Positions 20,050 to 30,357 of a stretch of DNA of 64,000 nt are shown one piece after another. Below the pieces are notes generated by a model. The model was not told where the DNA came from and did not search any database. It was given only the letters and a program-made list of their open reading frames with translations. Each line of letters begins with the position of its first letter. Position 1 is the first letter of the stretch. The DNA lies in contig CAWFJP010000003.1 of NCBI GenBank assembly GCA_963816145.1, forward strand, positions 608,001 to 672,000. The letters run 5' to 3'. This stretch comes from an uncultured delta proteobacterium (lineage in GTDB: Bacteria > Desulfobacterota > Binatia > UBA9968). The position numbers and the translations under genes are program-made.

Positions 20050-20550
20050 TCACTTCGGTGTCAGTAGCATCGCCATGCTGCGGCCTTCGAGGCGCGGCTG
20101 GATGTCGACCTTGGCGACATCCTGCACCAGCTCGACGACGCCGCTGAGCATCTGCCGTCCCAGTTCAGGATGGGTAATCTCGCGGCCGCGGAAGAACACC
20201 GAAACCTTCACACGTTGGCCTTCTTCGATAAACTTGCGAATGTTTTTGACCTTGTGCTCGACATCATGGCCGTCGGTCCTCGACCCCATCTTGACTTCCT
20301 TGATCTCGACGACGGTCTTTTTCGGTCCATGCTGTTTTTTCTTTTGCTCGTAGCGAAATTTGCCGTAGTCCATCATCCGGCAAACCGGCGGTTGAGCGTC
20401 CGGCGCGACTTCGACCAGATCCAGCTCCAAGGCTTCCACCTGCTTCAGCGCCTCGTGCAACGGCATCACTCCAAGCTGTTCGCCTTTGGAGCCGATGATG
20501 CGGACCTCACGGGCACGAATTTGATGATTGATTCGCGCTTCCCTAGCGAT
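20050..20550 (-). CDS. infC: Translation initiation factor IF-3 with non-canonical ATC start
   Basis: GGAGGTGTCTT-ATC-GCT-AGG gives IAREARINHQIRAREVRII, in frame with the called 139-aa ORF (DLVEVAP, PPVCR, DYGKF). Confidence 0.93.
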   Translation of the reverse strand: MAREARINHQIRAREVRIIGSKGEQLGVMPLHEALKQVEALELDLVEVAPDAQPPVCRMMDYGKFRYEQKKKQHGPKKTVVEIKEVKMGSRTDGHDVEHKVKNIRKFIEEGQRVKVSVFFRGREITHPELGRQMLSGVVELVQDVAKVDIQPRLEGRSMAMLLTPK

Positions 20551-20593
20551 AAGACACCTCCCTAATTACTAATTGCAGCATGATCCTGTATTT

Positions 20594-22504
20594 CTATGCC
20601 TCTCCCATTTCTTGTGCAACCTCGGTGTGGAGATTCTTGACGAACTCGCCCACTGGCAGCGGCGCGATATTTTCCCCGCCGCGCCGCCGGGGCGCCACCG
20701 ACTCCGCGGCGACTTCCTTGTCGCCGATGATCACCGCATAGGGCACCTTGGCGAGCTGCGCCTCGCGAATCTTGTAGCCGAGCTTTTCGTTACGGCTGTC
20801 GAACTCGACACGCCAACCGTCAGCTTTTAGCTGCTCAACGACTTTGCCGGCATACTCTTTATGGTCATCGGTAACGGTCAGAACTCGCAGCTGCACCGGG
20901 GCCAGCCACAGTGGAAAGGCCCCGGCGCAGTGCTCAAGGAGAATTGCGATAAAGCGTTCAATCGAGCCCAACACCGCCCGATGCAGCATCACCGGTGTCG
21001 CCTCGGTGCCATCGGAGGTAACATACTTGAGACCGAAACGTTCCGGCATGGCGCAATCGATCTGCACCGTCGCCAGCGTCCAGGAACGTTCCAAGACATC
21101 GCGAAAATCGAAACCGATCTTGGGACCGTAGAAAGCCCCCTCGCCTGGTAAGACTTTAACGGAAAACCCCGAGCGCTCAAGACAGCGCCGCAGACCGGCC
21201 TCCGCGGCATCCCACAGTTCGATGCGGCCGAGGAACTTTTCCGGACGAGTTTGCAAGGTCACTTCGATGCGGTCGAAGCCGAATACTTTATAGACCTCTT
21301 TGGTCATCGCCACGAACTGCTCAAGTTCAACGTCCAACTGATCCGGCGTACAGTAAATATGCGCATCGTCTTGGGCAAAGGAGCGCACCCGGGTCAACCC
21401 CGACAGCACCCCGGAGGGTTCGAAGCGATGCAAGCGGCTGAAATCGGCTAAGCGAATCGGCAGATCGCGATAGGAGTACTTGCGCGAGTTAAAGAGATAA
21501 CAATGGCCTGGGCAATTCATCGGCTTCACGCCATACTCGCCGTCATGCACGTTCATCAAAAACATGTCATCGTGAAAGGCGTCGTAGTGTCCGGAGGTTT
21601 TCCACAAATCCGTCTTATAAATCAGCGGCGTGACTACTTCGGAGTATCCGTAGCGCTGGTACAGATCTCGGATGTACTGGATCAGGATATTGTAGATGAT
21701 CGTACCCTTGGGATGAAAAAACGGCGATCCCGGGGCGATCGGATGAAGCGAGAACAGGTCCAACGCCGGGCCGAGACGCCGATGATCCCGCTGCTTAGCC
21801 TCTTCGATGCGCTTTAAATAAGCTTCTAAATCCTTCTTATTGGCCCACGCCGTGCCATAGATCCGTTGCAACTGCTCGTTGCGCGAGTCGCCGCGCCAAT
21901 AGGCGCCGGCAATGCTCGTCAACTTGAACGCCTTGATCGATCCCGTGGACAGCACGTGGGGGCCGCGGCAGAGGTCGACCCAATCGCCCTGCCGATACAG
22001 CGAAACCTTGTCGGCCGCGATGCCTTCGATGATCTCGACCTTATAGGATTCACCCATTTTACGAAAAAGCTCGATTGCCTCTTGGCGCGGTAATTCTTCG
22101 CGCACCACTTTCAAATTGGCCTTGATCAACTCCTGCATGCGCTTTTCAATCAGTTCGAGATCCTCCGGCGAGAATGGCTGGTCGCGCTTGAAGTCGTAGT
22201 AAAACCCATCTTCAATGGTCGGACCGATGGTCACCTGGGTTCCCGGAAAAAGGCTCTGCACCGCTTGGGCCATCAAATGCGCAGTCGAGTGGCGCAAAAC
22301 ATCTAGGCCATCGGCGCTTTCGGGCGCGACCCACTCCACGACACAATCCTTCTCGATAACCCGATTCAAATCGACGACCTGGCCGTCGATTTTGGCCGCG
22401 ACCAGATTCCTGGCGCCGGCGGTCGTAACAAGTTCGACCACCCGAGTACCAGGGCAAACGTCGACGGCACTGCCGTCAGCAAAGGTGACGTGAAGACTAT
22501 CCAT
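20594..22504 (-). CDS. thrS: Threonine--tRNA ligase
   Basis: RHSTAHLMAQA, DLCRGPHV, GAYWRG, KPMNCPGH, GEGAFYGPKI, HRAVLGS. Confidence 0.99.
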   Translation of the reverse strand: MDSLHVTFADGSAVDVCPGTRVVELVTTAGARNLVAAKIDGQVVDLNRVIEKDCVVEWVAPESADGLDVLRHSTAHLMAQAVQSLFPGTQVTIGPTIEDGFYYDFKRDQPFSPEDLELIEKRMQELIKANLKVVREELPRQEAIELFRKMGESYKVEIIEGIAADKVSLYRQGDWVDLCRGPHVLSTGSIKAFKLTSIAGAYWRGDSRNEQLQRIYGTAWANKKDLEAYLKRIEEAKQRDHRRLGPALDLFSLHPIAPGSPFFHPKGTIIYNILIQYIRDLYQRYGYSEVVTPLIYKTDLWKTSGHYDAFHDDMFLMNVHDGEYGVKPMNCPGHCYLFNSRKYSYRDLPIRLADFSRLHRFEPSGVLSGLTRVRSFAQDDAHIYCTPDQLDVELEQFVAMTKEVYKVFGFDRIEVTLQTRPEKFLGRIELWDAAEAGLRRCLERSGFSVKVLPGEGAFYGPKIGFDFRDVLERSWTLATVQIDCAMPERFGLKYVTSDGTEATPVMLHRAVLGSIERFIAILLEHCAGAFPLWLAPVQLRVLTVTDDHKEYAGKVVEQLKADGWRVEFDSRNEKLGYKIREAQLAKVPYAVIIGDKEVAAESVAPRRRGGENIAPLPVGEFVKNLHTEVAQEMGEA

Positions 22505-22521
22505 GACCGCAGATTAAAAAA

Positions 22522-22596
22522 TGGTAGGCACGGGCAGGATTGAACTGCCGACCTCTTCCGTGTCAAGGAAGCGCTCTCCCACTGAGCTACGTGCCT
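22522..22596 (-). tRNA. tRNA-Val (GAC), CCA encoded
   Basis: Reverse strand AGGCACGTAGCTCAGTGGGAGAGCGCTTCCTTGACACGGAAGAGGTCGGCAGTTCAATCCTGCCCGTGCCTACCA folds as a cloverleaf; anticodon loop TTGACAC. Confidence 0.97.
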
Positions 22597-22773
22597 GCAA
22601 GGCATGAAAGAATCGGCCGTTGGCCGTTGAAATGTCGGATAAGGGATGCATTGTGTTAAGCGCCTTGGAAAGCTACGTTGGCAACCCTTCTGGGTCACCT
22701 GTTATGGCTCCTCGGCATTGTCGCATTTGATGCTGCAAGAGATCGATTTTATTACCAATTCTAAGCCATTATG

Positions 22774-23340
22774 TCAACCAGGCGGGGTGATCGACGGAGC
22801 CCGTTTCTGCAACCAAATGAGGCCACGATAGAGATATTGCAGCCCCGAAGCCACGGTCGCCGCCGCGCTCAGAGCGATAAAGATCTGTAGGACAAACGGA
22901 TGCAGTAGGGTACCATCATGCAACGTCACCAAGGCCACCGCCAATGTTAATAACTGAAAAGTAGTGCTGAACTTGCCGATCCAGCTGGGCCGAACTGGCA
23001 TGTTTTCCTCGACCAGCAGGTAGATCGCCGCATAGCCGACGACGATTAGAATATCGCGGACCACCACGACCACCGTCAGCCACATCGGGATGCCATCAAT
23101 GAGCCCGAGCATAATGAACGAACTGATCACCAGCAACTTATCCGCCACCGGATCGAGATAGGCACCCAACGCGGTCTGTTGATTCAACCAGCGCGCGGTC
23201 AAACCGTCGAAGAAATCGGTAATGCCGCCGATGGCAAAAACCACCAGGGCCTCCCAATAAAGGTGGTAAGCGAGACACTCGAGAAAAATCGGCACGGTCA
23301 GAATACGGATGAGCGTCAGCGTGTTCGGCAGGTTGAGCAT
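22774..23340 (-). CDS. CDP-alcohol phosphatidyltransferase (PgsA-like)
   Basis: PNTLTLIR and DFFDGLTAR...GAYLDPVADK signature. Confidence 0.93.
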   Translation of the reverse strand: MLNLPNTLTLIRILTVPIFLECLAYHLYWEALVVFAIGGITDFFDGLTARWLNQQTALGAYLDPVADKLLVISSFIMLGLIDGIPMWLTVVVVVRDILIVVGYAAIYLLVEENMPVRPSWIGKFSTTFQLLTLAVALVTLHDGTLLHPFVLQIFIALSAAATVASGLQYLYRGLIWLQKRAPSITPPG

Positions 23341-23348
23341 GGACCGGG

Positions 23349-24653
23349 CTAATTGCCACTGCCGTTGCCGGCCCGGCTCGAACGTAAGGATTTGCGAATT
23401 TGCCCGGCAAGCTTGGGTGTGACCAAGGCCGTGACCCTAATCGATTCGCCATCGTGATGTTCAGCAACCACCTGGCCGCGCTCGCGCAGGAGCGCCACCA
23501 GCCAGCCCTGCGCCGGGGAAAATTGGGCATCGATCCGCTCCTTGGAGCGGTCCAAGACCCGGCCGACACCGGCGAGCAATTCGTCGACCCCTGCACCGGT
23601 CAACGCCGAGATTGGACAGACCTGCGCGACGCCATTGGTTTTGAGCCGAGCCAGCGGAACCGGGCCGGCCAGATCAAGCTTATTCGGCACTAAAATTGTC
23701 GGAATCTCACCGGCACCGATCTCGCCCAAGACCTTTTCAATGATTTGAATCTGTTCTTCGTAGAGCGGGTTGGCCAGATCGACCATATGCAAGAGCAAAT
23801 CGGCGCGGCTCACCTCCTCCAACGTGCTCTTGAACGCCTCGATCAACGAGTGAGGAATCTTGTTAATGAAACCGACCGTGTCAACGATCATCACCTTGTC
23901 ACCGTTGGGCAAACGCAGCGCCCGGGTCGTTGGATCCAGAGTCGCGAAGAGCTTATCCTCGACGAACACTCCGGCGCGGGTGAGCAGGTTCATCAGCGTC
24001 GACTTGCCGGCATTGGTGTAACCGACCAAGGCAACCGTGGCGAAGGGCACCTCGTTGCGCTCACGGCGTTGCAGGCTGCGGGTGCGTTCGACGGTGGTCA
24101 GGCGGCGCTTCAAGTGACCGATGCGCTCGCGAATGCGCCGGCGGTCGACTTCCAATTGTGTTTCGCCCGGTCCGCGGGTGCCGATACCGCCGCCCAAGCG
24201 CGACAAGTGGGTCCACTGCCGCGTCAGCCTCGGCAATAGATATTCCAGCTGCGCCAGTTCCACTTGCAGCTTACCTTCATTGCTGCGCGCCCGCTTGGCG
24301 AAGATATCGAGTATCAATTGGCTGCGGTCGACGACGCGAACTTTGAAGGCATTTTCCAAATTGCGCTGTTGCGCCGGGGTCAGATCCTCGTCGACGATCA
24401 CCAAGTTGGCGTGATGTTCTTGAAGCCCGGCGTAAACTTCGTCCACCTTGCCGCGCCCGATCAGAGTCGCCGGCGTAACGCTGCGCACCTGCTGCGAGTA
24501 CTTATGCACCACCAGTGCGCCGGCGGTCTCGGCAAGCCGTTCAAGTTCCTCCAAACTGTAATCGAGCGGCACCTTGTGGTCGCGCGAAGGCAGATCGACG
24601 CCGATCAGAACGGCCTTCTCCTGCGGTTGCCGGGTGGAAATCGTCTGCTTCAA
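23349..24653 (-). CDS. hflX: GTPase HflX
   Basis: GIGTRGPGETQLEVDRR, GYTNAGKST, LFATLDPT, DTVGF, NKLD. Confidence 0.98.
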   Translation of the reverse strand: MKQTISTRQPQEKAVLIGVDLPSRDHKVPLDYSLEELERLAETAGALVVHKYSQQVRSVTPATLIGRGKVDEVYAGLQEHHANLVIVDEDLTPAQQRNLENAFKVRVVDRSQLILDIFAKRARSNEGKLQVELAQLEYLLPRLTRQWTHLSRLGGGIGTRGPGETQLEVDRRRIRERIGHLKRRLTTVERTRSLQRRERNEVPFATVALVGYTNAGKSTLMNLLTRAGVFVEDKLFATLDPTTRALRLPNGDKVMIVDTVGFINKIPHSLIEAFKSTLEEVSRADLLLHMVDLANPLYEEQIQIIEKVLGEIGAGEIPTILVPNKLDLAGPVPLARLKTNGVAQVCPISALTGAGVDELLAGVGRVLDRSKERIDAQFSPAQGWLVALLRERGQVVAEHHDGESIRVTALVTPKLAGQIRKSLRSSRAGNGSGN

Positions 24654-27600
24654 GTGTTTAGGGAGTTGAAACTGACGCGCATGCCGAACCGTTCACCGAC
24701 CAGGGCCTCGAGTTCGCGCGACGGCGCGATGCGCACTTGCTCGGGCAGCTCGATGACAGTCTCACCGGCCGCCGGCGCGCGCAGGTGCAGGTAGACGGTA
24801 TGCTTTCCGGGATAGTCGAGCAGCATGTCGCGTAAACGCACCAGCTCGTCGGCGGACACCGCATCTTCGCGGACGTAGAGATCAACTTTCTCGGCGACCG
24901 TGGCGGCAACCGCGTTCTTGGGATTCTTCACGGCATCGGCCAAGGCGGTCACTTCGTTGGCGATCACTTGAATACGATCTTCACCAACTTCCATCTTACC
25001 TTTGACATAGATCGGATCGTCGGCGCCGAGCAGATCGGCGCACTTCTTATAGGTTTCCGGCCAGACGATCACTTCGATAAAGCCCGTTTTGTCTTCTAAA
25101 TTGAAGCTGCCGTAGCGGTCGCCCTTTTTGGTGTTACGCAAGCGCAACGCCGAAACCACGCCGCCGAGCCGGAACTCGCCGGACTGGGCGCGCTCCTTGA
25201 GCGCGGCAACCGTACCGTTGGTAATTTTTTTCAGCAAACGTTCGTATTTGTCGAGGGGATGGCCGGTTATGTAAAATCCCAGCGCTTCCTTCTCGAACGC
25301 CAGCGCCTCTTGCTGCGACCATTCGGCCACCGGTGGATAGCTTTCGCCGGCTTTCTTGGCGGCCTTGGTCAGCGTGCCGAGCATGGAAAAAATATCGATC
25401 TGATTGCTCGCCTGATCGCGCTGGTACGCTTGTCCGCCCTTCATGGCGTCGTCCAACGCGCCGCTCATGCGCGCCCGCGACACCTGCGTCGAATCGAAGG
25501 CGCCGCACTTGATCAAGCTCTCGATCACCCGCCGGTTCACCGCGGTCGTGTCGACGCGCCGGCAAAAATCGAAGAGCGATTCGAACGGGCCGTCCTTGGC
25601 GCGGCTTTCAAGAATTACTTCGACGGCCTTCTCGCCGACATTTTTGACGCCGGCCAAACCGAAACGAATTTTGTCCCCTACCGGGGTGAAATTGGCGCCG
25701 CTCTCGTTCACGTCGGGCGCCAGCACCTCGATATCTTTGTCGCGGCAGTCGGCCAGGTTTTTGATGACCTTATCGGTATCGCCCATTTCCGAGGTCAACA
25801 GCGCGGCCATGAACTCGACGGGGTAATGGGTTTTTAGATAGGCTGTCTGATAAGAAACCAGGGCGTAGGCCGCCGAATGCGACTTGTTAAAACCATAACG
25901 CGCGAAGGTTTCCATCTGGTCGAAGATTTCGGTGGCGCGTTTCTCGTCGATACCCTTGGCCACCGCGCCGCTGACGAAACGCTCGCGCTGCGCCGCCATC
26001 TCCTCGGGATCTTTCTTGCCCATGGCGCGGCGCAGGATATCGGCATCGCCCATGGAATAACCGGCGAGGATTTGCGCCGTCTGCATGACCTGCTCTTGAT
26101 AGACGATGACGCCGTAGGTGTCCTTGAGAATGGTTTCGAGCAGCGGGTGGAGATATTTGATTTTTTCCTTGCCGCTTTTGCGATTGATAAAGTCTTCGGC
26201 CATACCGCTATCGAGGGGGCCAGGCCGGTACAGCGCGAGTATTGCGACCAGATCCTCGAAACAATTCGGCCGTATGCGCACTGTCATCTCGCGGATACCG
26301 GTGCTTTCCAGTTGGAAAACGCCGGTGGTGTTGCCCTGGCAGAGGGTCTTGTAGGTCTTTTTGTCATCGAGCGGTAAACGGTCAATGTCGACTTTGACGC
26401 CGCGCGCCGCTTCGATGAGCTTCAAGCAATCATGGATCAGCGTCAGCGTTTTGAGCCCGAGGAAGTCGAACTTCACCAGACCGATTTTTTCGACCCAGGT
26501 CATTTCATACTGGGTGACGATACCGCCCTCTTTATCGACAAATAGCGGGCAGTGCTCGACCAACGGTAGATTGGACAAAACCACGCCGGCGGCATGGGTC
26601 GACGCATGCCGCACCAACCCTTCCAAACGCAGCGCGTGGTCCATCAATGTTTTCACGCGCAAGTCGTTTTTCATCAGCTCGCCCAGCCGCGGCTCCATCT
26701 TCATCGCCTCGGTCAACGGATAGTCGAATCCTTGCTTGGGCGGCGGGATCAGTTTGGCAATGGAGTCGGCTTCGGCAAAGGAAAAACCCAAAGCCCGCCC
26801 GACATCTTTGATCGCCGCCTTGGCTTTCAAGGTTCCAAAGGTGGCGATCTGCGCCACCCGGTCGGCGCCGTATTTGTCTTTGACGTATTGGATCACCTGC
26901 GCCCGGCCGCGGATGCAGAAATCGACATCGATATCCGGCATCGACTTGCGTTCGGGATTGAGAAAGCGTTCGAACAACAAGACGTGGCGGATCGGATCGA
27001 GATCGGTGATGCGCATCGCATAGGCGACCAAGCTGCCCGCCGACGAGCCGCGCCCTGGGCCGACCGGAATGCCGTTTTGCTTGGCGTAATTGATGAAATC
27101 GGCGACCACCAGAAAGTAGCCGGGGAACTGCATGTCGATGATCACGCCGAGTTCGTATTCCAAGCGCTCGGCATAGGTCTTTCTAACTTCCGGATCGGTG
27201 ACGCCTTCGAGCCGCTGTTCCAAGCCCTTTTTCGCCAATTCGACCAAATAATCGTCGAGGCTGATTTCCTTGGGCGGCGTAAAGTTCGGGAAATGATACT
27301 TGCCGAACTCGATTTCAACGTTGCAGCGGTTGGCGATCTCGACGGTCCGCTCCACAGCGCCAGGGCAGAATTCGAACCCCTGCGTCATTTCCTCAGCCGA
27401 TTTTAGATAAAGTTCATCGGTCTCGATCTTGAGCCGATTATCATCGTTGAGAGTTTTACCGGTCTGGACACAAAGCAAGACGTCATGGGCATGATAGTCG
27501 GCGCGCTCGCCATAATGGCAATCGTTGGTCGCCACCACGGGAATCGACGTATCCTTGGCCAGCTCGACCAGCAGCCGGTTGACCTTTTCCTGTTCGGCCA

Positions 27601-28150
27601 ATTTATTATCTTGAATCTCGATGTAATAACGGTCGCCGAAGATCGACGCGTACTGCTCGACGGCAAGCTTGGCTTTCTCGTAATTGCCGTAGTTGAGCGC
27701 CTGCGACACTTCGCCTTGCAGACAGGCGCTGAGCGCGATCAAGCCGCCGTTAAACTGCCTAAGCAGTTCCTTGTCGATGCGCGGTTTATAGTAAAACCCT
27801 TCGATGTAGCCTAAGGACACCAGCTTGCACAGATTGCGGTAGCCCTCATTGTTCATCGCCAGGAGAATGAGGTGATTATTGTATTCCTTGGGCCCCTTGT
27901 CGACGCCTTTTTTCTCGAAACGGCTGGTCGGCGCGACGTAGATCTCGCAGCCGATGATCGGCTTGACGCCACGGCTCTTGGCCTCGCGGTAAAATTCGAT
28001 GGCGCCGAACATATTGCCATGATCGGTCATCGCCACCGCCGGCTGGTTGAGCGCCTTGATGCGCTCGAACATCTTATCGACCTTATTGGCGCCGTCTAAG
28101 AGACTGTACTCGGTATGACAATGAAGGTGAACGAAATTGGCTTGATCCAT
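24650..28150 (-). CDS. dnaE: DNA polymerase III alpha subunit
   Basis: PHP domain HLHCHTEYSLLDG, GPGRGSSAGS, MPDIDVDF, KFDFLGLKTL, YGFNKSHSAAY. Confidence 0.99.
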   Translation of the reverse strand: MDQANFVHLHCHTEYSLLDGANKVDKMFERIKALNQPAVAMTDHGNMFGAIEFYREAKSRGVKPIIGCEIYVAPTSRFEKKGVDKGPKEYNNHLILLAMNNEGYRNLCKLVSLGYIEGFYYKPRIDKELLRQFNGGLIALSACLQGEVSQALNYGNYEKAKLAVEQYASIFGDRYYIEIQDNKLAEQEKVNRLLVELAKDTSIPVVATNDCHYGERADYHAHDVLLCVQTGKTLNDDNRLKIETDELYLKSAEEMTQGFEFCPGAVERTVEIANRCNVEIEFGKYHFPNFTPPKEISLDDYLVELAKKGLEQRLEGVTDPEVRKTYAERLEYELGVIIDMQFPGYFLVVADFINYAKQNGIPVGPGRGSSAGSLVAYAMRITDLDPIRHVLLFERFLNPERKSMPDIDVDFCIRGRAQVIQYVKDKYGADRVAQIATFGTLKAKAAIKDVGRALGFSFAEADSIAKLIPPPKQGFDYPLTEAMKMEPRLGELMKNDLRVKTLMDHALRLEGLVRHASTHAAGVVLSNLPLVEHCPLFVDKEGGIVTQYEMTWVEKIGLVKFDFLGLKTLTLIHDCLKLIEAARGVKVDIDRLPLDDKKTYKTLCQGNTTGVFQLESTGIREMTVRIRPNCFEDLVAILALYRPGPLDSGMAEDFINRKSGKEKIKYLHPLLETILKDTYGVIVYQEQVMQTAQILAGYSMGDADILRRAMGKKDPEEMAAQRERFVSGAVAKGIDEKRATEIFDQMETFARYGFNKSHSAAYALVSYQTAYLKTHYPVEFMAALLTSEMGDTDKVIKNLADCRDKDIEVLAPDVNESGANFTPVGDKIRFGLAGVKNVGEKAVEVILESRAKDGPFESLFDFCRRVDTTAVNRRVIESLIKCGAFDSTQVSRARMSGALDDAMKGGQAYQRDQASNQIDIFSMLGTLTKAAKKAGESYPPVAEWSQQEALAFEKEALGFYITGHPLDKYERLLKKITNGTVAALKERAQSGEFRLGGVVSALRLRNTKKGDRYGSFNLEDKTGFIEVIVWPETYKKCADLLGADDPIYVKGKMEVGEDRIQVIANEVTALADAVKNPKNAVAATVAEKVDLYVREDAVSADELVRLRDMLLDYPGKHTVYLHLRAPAAGETVIELPEQVRIAPSRELEALVGERFGMRVSFNSLNT

Positions 28151-28194
28151 CGCTGTAAAGAATTTCTATCACAATCCAAGTGATGCGACAAATC

Positions 28195-28641
28195 TCAACC
28201 AAGTTTTTTGCCGCGAAAGTTATCCACAGCGTCGGGCCATAATCCGGCGGCGATGAAGTCTTCGACCACGGCGCCGAGAATATTGGCGAACTTGTAGTCG
28301 AACCGCTCCGCCGCCGCGATACTTGTTAATCTTTGCCCTTCGAAAAGTGTCAAGTCGGCGGCACGCCGGTTGATCTCGGAAAAATAAATGAACTTCTCGT
28401 TGGGATAAGCATCGCCGGTCAAACATTCATAACGGCGAAACAGTCGCCACATTTCCAGCGCCACGCCAATCTCCTCTTGCAGTTCCCGGCACAGCGCCTG
28501 TTCCGGCGTCTCCCCCGCTTCCACATGGCCGCCAAACAAATCCCAATGATTGGGAAACGAAATCGTCGGCTTGTCGTCGCGCAAGTAAATGAGCAACTTG
28601 CCATCCCGGTCGAAGAGCAGCGCTTGGGCGATCTGGACCAT
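28195..28641 (-). CDS. NUDIX hydrolase
   Basis: Nudix box GGHVEAGETPEQALCRELQEEIG; ATG 28641 preferred over the longer ORF start. Confidence 0.9.
   Translation of the reverse strand: MVQIAQALLFDRDGKLLIYLRDDKPTISFPNHWDLFGGHVEAGETPEQALCRELQEEIGVALEMWRLFRRYECLTGDAYPNEKFIYFSEINRRAADLTLFEGQRLTSIAAAERFDYKFANILGAVVEDFIAAGLWPDAVDNFRGKKLG
28220..28228 (+). promoter_or_regulatory. Possible DnaA box upstream of dnaE
   Basis: Perfect TTATCCACA about 70 bp upstream of the dnaE start; only a single copy seen. Confidence 0.35.
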
Positions 28642-28792
28642 CGCATTTAATGCTAATGCATGTGCAGGAAAATCTAAAGCCGGCCTCAAGCTAAACTTGA
28701 GCTTGAGCAATCTGTCAGTCAATCGAATTCGCCTTGATCTATATCAAGAATCTGTAATAACGAGTACAAGAGCAGTTATTTTGGGAGAAGCC

Positions 28793-30250
28793 ATGGAAAC
28801 CATAAAATTCGTCGACACGACCATCCGCGACGGCCATCAAAGCTTGTGGGCGGAAAATATGACCACCGGCATGATGCTGCCAATCGCCAGGAACTTGGAC
28901 GACGCGGGCTTTGAAGGCATCGAACTGATCTCGGGGTCGCATCTCAAGAAAACCGTGCGCGATCTGAAGGAAGACCCTTGGGAGCGCGTCCGGCTGGTGT
29001 CTAAAATCATCACCAAGACACCGCTTCGGCTGATCGCTGGGCGGGTCAATACTTTTGAATACAACCCGCCGTCCATGTACCGGCTGTTCGTCGAGCGCAT
29101 GTTCGCCAACGGCATCAAGGAAGCGCGTATCTCCGACGAATGGAATGATTACGAAGGCTGGAAATTTCGCGTCGGCGAGTGCCATCGCGCTGGCATGAAA
29201 TCGATCTTGAACTTGATCTACTCGGTGTCGCCCAAACATAGCGACGAATATTTCGCCCTGCGCACCCGCCAGGCAGCGTCGCTCAATCCCTACCGGCTCT
29301 GCCTCAAAGACCCCGGCGGCTTGCTGACGCCGGAACGAATGGAAACCCTGGTGCCGATCATTTTCAAGAATGCCAACGGCATTCCGATCGAACTGCATAC
29401 CCACTGCACCACCGGTCTCGGCCCGCTATGCTGCATCAAAGGCATGGAGTTGGGCATCCGTTCGTTCAATACTGCGCTGCCGCCGCTGGCCGACGACACG
29501 TCGAATCCGTCTTTGTTCAACGTCGCCAAGAACGCCCGCGCATTAGGCTACAAAACCGATATTGACGAAGAAATATTGCAGCCCGTATCGCGCCACTTCA
29601 CCGCCATCGCCAAGCGCGAAGGCTTCACCATCGGCGCCCCGGTGGAATACGACTACTCGCAGTACCAGCATCAGGTTCCCGGTGGCATGCTGTCTAACCT
29701 GCGTTTTCAACTCCGTAAAGTCGGCCTGGAGCACAAGTTTCCCGCGGCTTTGGAGGAAGCGATCAAAGTGCGTGAAGAGTTCGGCTACCCGATCATGGTG
29801 ACACCGCTGTCGCAGTTCGTCGGCAGCCAGGCAGCGATCAATGTGATCGTCGGCGAGCGCTACAAAGAAGTCACCGACCAAGTGATCAAGTTCGCCCTCG
29901 GCCATGCCGGCGCCGAGGGCGCCCGTGACATGAACCCGACGGTCAAGGACAAGATCCTCGACCGCCCCCGCGCCAAGGAATGGGCCAAGTGGACCCCCGA
30001 CGAACCTTCGCCGGACGAGATGCGCCGCCGCTTGGGTGCCGAGGGCACTTCCGACGAAGAGCTGCTGCTGCGTTGGATCATCGGCAAGGAAGATATCGAA
30101 TTCATGCGCGCCAACAAACGCCCGTTGGAGTACTTGAATTCCGAACAACCGCTGGTCAATCTGCTGCAAGAGCTATCGAAGCGGACTAGGAACCGGCAGA
30201 TTCATGTGCAGACGCCAAATTTTTCGGTGACCTTGGAAAAGCGGGTTTAG
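28793..30250 (+). CDS. Pyruvate carboxylase B / oxaloacetate decarboxylase alpha-type carboxyltransferase without biotinyl domain (paralog 1)
   Basis: DTTIRDGHQSL, LKDPGG, HTH, HQVPGGMLSNL, MVTPLSQFVG; no xMKM biotin motif; GGGAG RBS before ATG 28793. Confidence 0.9.
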   Translation: METIKFVDTTIRDGHQSLWAENMTTGMMLPIARNLDDAGFEGIELISGSHLKKTVRDLKEDPWERVRLVSKIITKTPLRLIAGRVNTFEYNPPSMYRLFVERMFANGIKEARISDEWNDYEGWKFRVGECHRAGMKSILNLIYSVSPKHSDEYFALRTRQAASLNPYRLCLKDPGGLLTPERMETLVPIIFKNANGIPIELHTHCTTGLGPLCCIKGMELGIRSFNTALPPLADDTSNPSLFNVAKNARALGYKTDIDEEILQPVSRHFTAIAKREGFTIGAPVEYDYSQYQHQVPGGMLSNLRFQLRKVGLEHKFPAALEEAIKVREEFGYPIMVTPLSQFVGSQAAINVIVGERYKEVTDQVIKFALGHAGAEGARDMNPTVKDKILDRPRAKEWAKWTPDEPSPDEMRRRLGAEGTSDEELLLRWIIGKEDIEFMRANKRPLEYLNSEQPLVNLLQELSKRTRNRQIHVQTPNFSVTLEKRV

Positions 30251-30357
30251 AGTCTTACGTCTCTAGACGTACATGTGCTCCCCGGACGCAAGACAAGGTT
30301 GAATCTAGGCATCAGCAGTGCAATAAGGAAAGAAATTCCACGAGGAGGCAGTAAAAA

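Noticed and set aside
22522-22770. Integrative element at tRNA-Val
   Set aside because: No integrase and no duplicated tRNA 3' end; flanked by core genes
24650-28150. Intein or split in dnaE
   Set aside because: Length of 1166 aa is normal and no intein motifs were seen
28589-28792. N-terminal extension of the first carboxyltransferase (553-aa call)
   Set aside because: It overlaps the divergent NUDIX gene; paralog alignment and RBS support ATG 28793
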